A DNA stretch of 64,000 nt, taken from an uncultured delta proteobacterium (GTDB taxonomy: Bacteria > Desulfobacterota > Binatia > UBA9968). This document shows positions 59,689 to 64,000 of this stretch, one piece after another. The position numbers and the translations under genes are program-made. Each line of letters starts with the position of its first letter. Within the stretch, counting starts at the first letter, position 1. The DNA lies in assembly GCA_963737905.1 (NCBI GenBank), contig CAVTUQ010000040.1, positions 1 through 64,000 on the forward strand, in the 5' to 3' direction. The notes beneath the pieces were generated by a model. That model was not told the DNA's origin and did no database searches. It saw only the letters and a program-made list of their open reading frames with translations.

Positions 59689-60927
59689 CTATTGCTTTTG
59701 CGCCTTGACGATTCGACTGCTCGCCAAAACGATAAACACGGAAACGACTAAACATGCAAGCGACACCCCAAAGGGCACCACATAACTATGGGTGACATCA
59801 AACAGGAACCCGCCGAGCCAAGCTCCGACGGCGCCGCCGAGACCGATACTGAAGGTGAAATATCCGAAGATCGCGCCGAAGTGCTTGCCGTGAAAAATAT
59901 CTGCCGAGATGGCCGACAGCACCAAAGCGCGGGAGCCCTGCCCGAGCCCGTAACAAACCGCGTAAAGATAGAGCAGCCACGGGAGGGAGTTGTCCCGCAT
60001 GACGAGCAAGGCAAAAATGCCCACCGCGGAGATGATTTGTACCCAGGTGAAGACCAGTTCTCGCCTCATAACGTCGGCGAGATAGCCGAATAGGATCCGG
60101 CCACCGATGCTGATCACGCCCATGAGACCGAAGATCGAGGCAGCGAAGACTTTGGCAAAGCCGATATCGACGACATGAGCGATTTGATGGGTAACGATGA
60201 CTTGATTGCCCATACTCGCCAAGGTGCGAGCGATAAAGAGTAACCAGAAAGCCGGATTGGTCAGCGCCCGCTTGACCGTCCAGTCTATCCCTGCGGGTTC
60301 TTCAGCCGGCTTGTGCGCCGGCGCCGCGTCCTTCACGGGCATAGAAGAACGGGCCGGCAAAAAGAAGTGTACCGGAGGGATTACAAGCAAAGCCGTTATA
60401 AACGCAAGACCGATATAAGCGCTGGACCAGCCCCAGTTACTAATCATCAGCTGGGTCACCGGCACCAACATAACAATGCCGACACCGCCGCCTGCCCACG
60501 CAATACCAAGCGCCGTGCCGCGACGCTGAGGAAACTCGCGCGAGATAATCGCCACGTGAGGCACCATACCGATCAAGGCGATGCCCGCCGCGCTGACGAT
60601 CCCGACCCAGAAATAAAACTGCCAGATCGACGAAATCGTCGAGCTCAAGCTCAAGCCGGCTGCCAGGATCAATCCACCCAAGGTCAGCGTCTTGCGCGCG
60701 CCGATGCGATCGATCAAGCCCCCGGCAAAAGGCAAACACGCCCCTTCGAAAATTATTGCCAGCGAGATCGCCCCTGCAGTCGCAGCCCGTGACCAACCGA
60801 AAGCATCGAGCATCGCCACAAAAAACACGCCGAAGGTGCCGTGCAGCCCGCGACCGACGCCGATGTGAAGAAACGCCAGGGCGACAAGCCCGTATCGCCT
60901 TACCGTATCAAGAGAAGCTCTAATCAT
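59689..60927 (-). CDS. MFS transporter (OFA/MCT-like)
   Basis: FGWSRA, GGLIDRIG, GGFLFDVTHSY; start overlaps the upstream stop. Confidence 0.88.
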   Translation of the reverse strand: MIRASLDTVRRYGLVALAFLHIGVGRGLHGTFGVFFVAMLDAFGWSRAATAGAISLAIIFEGACLPFAGGLIDRIGARKTLTLGGLILAAGLSLSSTISSIWQFYFWVGIVSAAGIALIGMVPHVAIISREFPQRRGTALGIAWAGGGVGIVMLVPVTQLMISNWGWSSAYIGLAFITALLVIPPVHFFLPARSSMPVKDAAPAHKPAEEPAGIDWTVKRALTNPAFWLLFIARTLASMGNQVIVTHQIAHVVDIGFAKVFAASIFGLMGVISIGGRILFGYLADVMRRELVFTWVQIISAVGIFALLVMRDNSLPWLLYLYAVCYGLGQGSRALVLSAISADIFHGKHFGAIFGYFTFSIGLGGAVGAWLGGFLFDVTHSYVVPFGVSLACLVVSVFIVLASSRIVKAQKQ

Positions 60928-62389
60928 TTTCGCCTTTCGATCCCCTTGTTTGTAATCCAATCGATGAGTCATCCTTCCTGCTTCCCCGCATGGCCGAGCA
61001 CGACATCGCCACCAGCCCCATGATTGCAGCCACAAAGAAGGTGAAATTCATCGCGCTCACAAACACCGCAGGATTCGCCGGGGTCGCTGTCGCTGATGTA
61101 TCGCCGCTGTAGTAGCGAAAGGCCGCGGTGAGTAATAACGTGCCCATCGATATCCCAAATGTGGTCCCAAGACCGAACATGACGTATACAGCCCCCGTGG
61201 CAACGCCGCGATGTTGCGCGGGAACCGAACCGATCATGGCCGCGTGGTTGGGTGGATAGAAAAGCGCGGTTGCCAATCCCCACAGCGCCAAGACAACCAC
61301 CGCAGAGGTCCAATGGGAATCCACGTGCAGGAACCCGCCGAGAAAGGCGGCGAGCACCAGGAAAAGAATGCCCGCGGTCGAAGGAAGTCGTGGTCCGACC
61401 TTGTCCGCAACCCACCCGGCAACAGGAGACAACGTCACCGTGAAAACCGGCGCGCTGATAAACAATAAACCCATAAACGACGGGGACAGATGCAGGATAT
61501 CCTGGAGGTAGAACGGCAGCACAAAACCAACCATCACTTGAGCGACACCCACCAGAAGGAGACTGAGACCGCTCAGAGTAAACATACGAATCCGAAATAG
61601 CGATAGATCGAGAATCGGGCTGGCAGCCGTCCACTCACGATAGAGGAACCCGAGAAATGAGCCGGCGAAAAGCACGACGATAACGATCCGCAACTCAAAG
61701 CCCACGATTTCCATAATCCTGTGGTCGATGATCGCGATCAGCGCAACCGTCGTTAACACGAGCAGCACGGCTCCGAGATAATCGATAGCGGTGTGCGTGC
61801 CCGCAGGCGTGAAAACACTGGACCTATTTCCTCGTTTCAGGTTGAGTAAGGTGAGCGTCATTCCCACCAATGCGATGGGCAGGAGAAAGAAAAAAACCGC
61901 TCTCCAGTGAACGTAGTCGATGATCAATCCGCCGACGCTCGGCCCCACGAGGACTCCCGAGTGAAAAGCCGTCGTCATAAACCCCTGCGCTTTGCCGGCA
62001 GACTCTTTCGGCATCGAATCCATCGCCAGCGCCCGTGCTTGAGATTGGGTCATCGAGGCGCCGATCCCCTGGAAAAATCGAAACCCGATGAGTTGGAAGA
62101 CATTCTGAGAGAGGCCACAGAGACATGCACCGATCGCGGAGACCACGAACCCTAGCCCGAATATCTTCTGCCGGCCATAGATATCCCCGATCCGGCCGAA
62201 CACCAGCGACAAACTGATCGTGGAGATCTGAAACGAGATCACTGCCCAGGAGATGCCGACGATGGTCGTGTCCAGACTACTCGCCACCGTTGGCATCGAT
62301 ACGGCAAAGATTCGGCTCGCCGTTCCCGCTAGAAAACTACCCAGCGCGGCGTTGATCAGGAGCAACCAGTTGGTGCGCGAGTCCAACAT
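60920..62389 (-). CDS. MFS transporter, DHA2 (EmrB/QacA-like)
   Basis: GRIGDIYGRQK, GPSVGG, WRAVFF, LDLSLFR, PFYLQ. Confidence 0.9.
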   Translation of the reverse strand: MLDSRTNWLLLINAALGSFLAGTASRIFAVSMPTVASSLDTTIVGISWAVISFQISTISLSLVFGRIGDIYGRQKIFGLGFVVSAIGACLCGLSQNVFQLIGFRFFQGIGASMTQSQARALAMDSMPKESAGKAQGFMTTAFHSGVLVGPSVGGLIIDYVHWRAVFFFLLPIALVGMTLTLLNLKRGNRSSVFTPAGTHTAIDYLGAVLLVLTTVALIAIIDHRIMEIVGFELRIVIVVLFAGSFLGFLYREWTAASPILDLSLFRIRMFTLSGLSLLLVGVAQVMVGFVLPFYLQDILHLSPSFMGLLFISAPVFTVTLSPVAGWVADKVGPRLPSTAGILFLVLAAFLGGFLHVDSHWTSAVVVLALWGLATALFYPPNHAAMIGSVPAQHRGVATGAVYVMFGLGTTFGISMGTLLLTAAFRYYSGDTSATATPANPAVFVSAMNFTFFVAAIMGLVAMSCSAMRGSRKDDSSIGLQTRGSKGEND

Positions 62390-62469
62390 TGAGTTTTTGG
62401 GATTTGTACGAGAGGTTAGTTAGCAAACCCAAACAGGAGAGCCCAAACCACCCCACCCCAGCCTTCGTT

Positions 62470-62871
62470 CTACCAATACTTTTCCACGAGCTGGATGCAA
62501 AACTCCAAAGCCGCCTCCACTTCATGCGCGGTGGCAGCACCGCCCTCGCCACGCGCGCCGGACCGAGCGTTGTGAAGCTTTTGTAAACGCACGGCCTCCA
62601 TCCGCGCAATCAATCCCGCACCGAGGGCCTTTTCTAAGAGCGCCGGGAAATCTTGCATTGACCAACCAGACAGCTTCAAACGCGCCTTTAGCCAATCCTC
62701 GAGGGATTGATCGCAAAGCACTAAGACATCGAGGGCGGAGAGATTTCCGGAGGACCATCCGTTCATGGCTCGACTTAGAGTCCGGATCGCTCTTCCCTCC
62801 GCCGAATGGTGACCTTTCAACCGCTCTTTTTCGGCTAAATTCGCAAAGATCGCATGGGGATCAAAAGTCAT
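62470..62871 (-). CDS. Hypothetical helical protein, possibly HEPN/DUF4145-like
   Basis: CDQSLEDWLKARL...LQKLHNAR...EAALEFC pattern. Confidence 0.6.
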   Translation of the reverse strand: MTFDPHAIFANLAEKERLKGHHSAEGRAIRTLSRAMNGWSSGNLSALDVLVLCDQSLEDWLKARLKLSGWSMQDFPALLEKALGAGLIARMEAVRLQKLHNARSGARGEGGAATAHEVEAALEFCIQLVEKYW

Positions 62872-63021
62872 TGCGTATGTCGTCCATTCGATGATCTAAC
62901 TTTTATATCATGGATTTGTCACCAGTCGTAACTTGGATGTTCGCACTGACGAAAGATATTCTCGCCACGAAGTGATTCATGATCTTACGCTCGCCCACAA
63001 AGCATGAAAATGGAGAGCCTC

Positions 63022-63352
63022 GTCATGCCGGCATGGATGGCCGGCATCCAGGTGCGCAGGATGCGTCCGGAAACATCCATGTCGGCCTGGATTCCAGCAC
63101 TCCATGCTGGAATGACGCAATCGAGGAGTCGTACTAAGACTGACCCAGGCCCTCCACCCCGCGTATTTTCAAAGGAGCGCACGAAGGATACGAAGGATTC
63201 CGAAATTATCACGTTTCAATTTCTTACTTCGTGCTCCCTTCGGCTTTGCTCAGGGCATGCTTCGCGTCCTTGATCGCTAAATCTGTAGCTCAATGCGCTA
63301 TCTCTCCTTGACCTGTTTTTCGCCATCCTCGATCCTCCATTCTCGATCCTCG
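63022..63352. repeat. Stack of several different REP/MITE-like repeats
   Basis: GTCATGCCGGCATGGATGGCCGGCATCCAGG...CCTGGATTCCAGCACTCCATGCTGGAATGAC; ACGAAGGAT-ACGAAGGAT...CTTCGTG; CCCTTCGGCTTTGCTCAGGG (cf. 26121-26146); C(C/G)AT(C/T)CT heptamers. Confidence 0.75.
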
Positions 63353-63406
63353 CTCTCTGTGGTTTTGGCTCCGCCTCGCTGGCTTCTAAATCTCGCTTGT
63401 CAGCTA

Positions 63407-63436
63407 TTGACATGAGCCTGCTCGGATCAATAAATT
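63407..63436 (+). promoter_or_regulatory. Putative sigma70 promoter
   Basis: TTGACA-N18-TAAATT, about 30 nt upstream of ATG 63468. Confidence 0.5.
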
Positions 63437-63467
63437 AGCCACTAAGACTTGCTACTGGAGGTAACTC

Positions 63468-64000
63468 ATGGAACCCCTTCCCCGCGGCGCAAATTTTCAA
63501 AGAGCGAAACTGCTTTGGGAAATCGGCTTACACATCGCCGGTGATCCCAATACGCCTTACTTCGGTCCTCGCGACATGTGCATCTCCGTCGGGAGCGGCT
63601 CGGCGGAAAACTTCAAACCAAAGCTGCGCATGTCCACCGGTTCACCGATTTTGGCCCATGCGGTCTGCCGCGGCGACTTGGAAATGTCGATGGTCAATCC
63701 CTCGGGCTTCCTCACGCAGGCTTATCGCGGCACGGGGTTATTTCCCCAGCCTTTGCCGGTTCGCATTCTCGCCACTTACCCGTCCTGGGACCGCTATGTT
63801 CATCTGATTCACCCGCGTACTGGACTGAAATCGTTGGCCGAGATCAAAGACAAGAAGTATCCGTTGCGGCTATCCATCCGCGAAGATGCAACCCATTCTA
63901 CCCGAGTATTGCTGGACCAGACGCTGGCGTTATATGGCTTCACCCTTGCCGATCTCGAATCCTGGGGCGGCAGTCTCCAGCTCAACGGCGGACCGGGAGA
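63468..64000 (+). CDS. TAXI-type receptor-fold protein without signal peptide, truncated by window edge
   Basis: RBS GGAGG; MEPLPRGANFQRAKLLWEIG...VNPSGFLTQAYRGTGLF.QPLPVRILATYPSWDR; paralog of 38814-39803. Confidence 0.8.
   Translation, partial: MEPLPRGANFQRAKLLWEIGLHIAGDPNTPYFGPRDMCISVGSGSAENFKPKLRMSTGSPILAHAVCRGDLEMSMVNPSGFLTQAYRGTGLFPQPLPVRILATYPSWDRYVHLIHPRTGLKSLAEIKDKKYPLRLSIREDATHSTRVLLDQTLALYGFTLADLESWGGSLQLNGGPG

Overview
Bacterial chromosomal window with about 55 CDSs, mostly catabolic and transport genes: ten solute-binding proteins, four MFS transporters, a TctA-TctB fusion, three amidohydrolases, two enolase-superfamily enzymes, two Mo-hydroxylase operons, an FdhF/YdeP protein, ALDH and a TPP enzyme. 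This gene inventory resembles Candidatus Binatia-type soil bacteria (inference only). The standout is hidden by the ORF track: ORFs 3407-3613 and 2408-3376 plus an unlisted tail form one continuous minus-strand frame (2255-3613, 452 aa) with two in-frame UGA codons, each followed 12-14 nt later by a SECIS-like hairpin. It is a probable double-selenocysteine membrane protein (small membrane domain-U + DedA + rhodanese CxU). Also notable: a tandem TIR-TIR gene bracketed by diverged direct repeats of about 150-165 bp; a translationally coupled AhpD/CMD-CxxC plus class III cyclase pair with an atypical specificity residue; two toxin-antitoxin-like pairs; RAYT and IS630 remnants; a partly homogenised duplicated Mo-enzyme operon; and dispersed heptamer-period inverted repeats. 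At least eight genes carry small frameshifts, probably assembly errors. No rRNA, tRNA or CRISPR array was seen.
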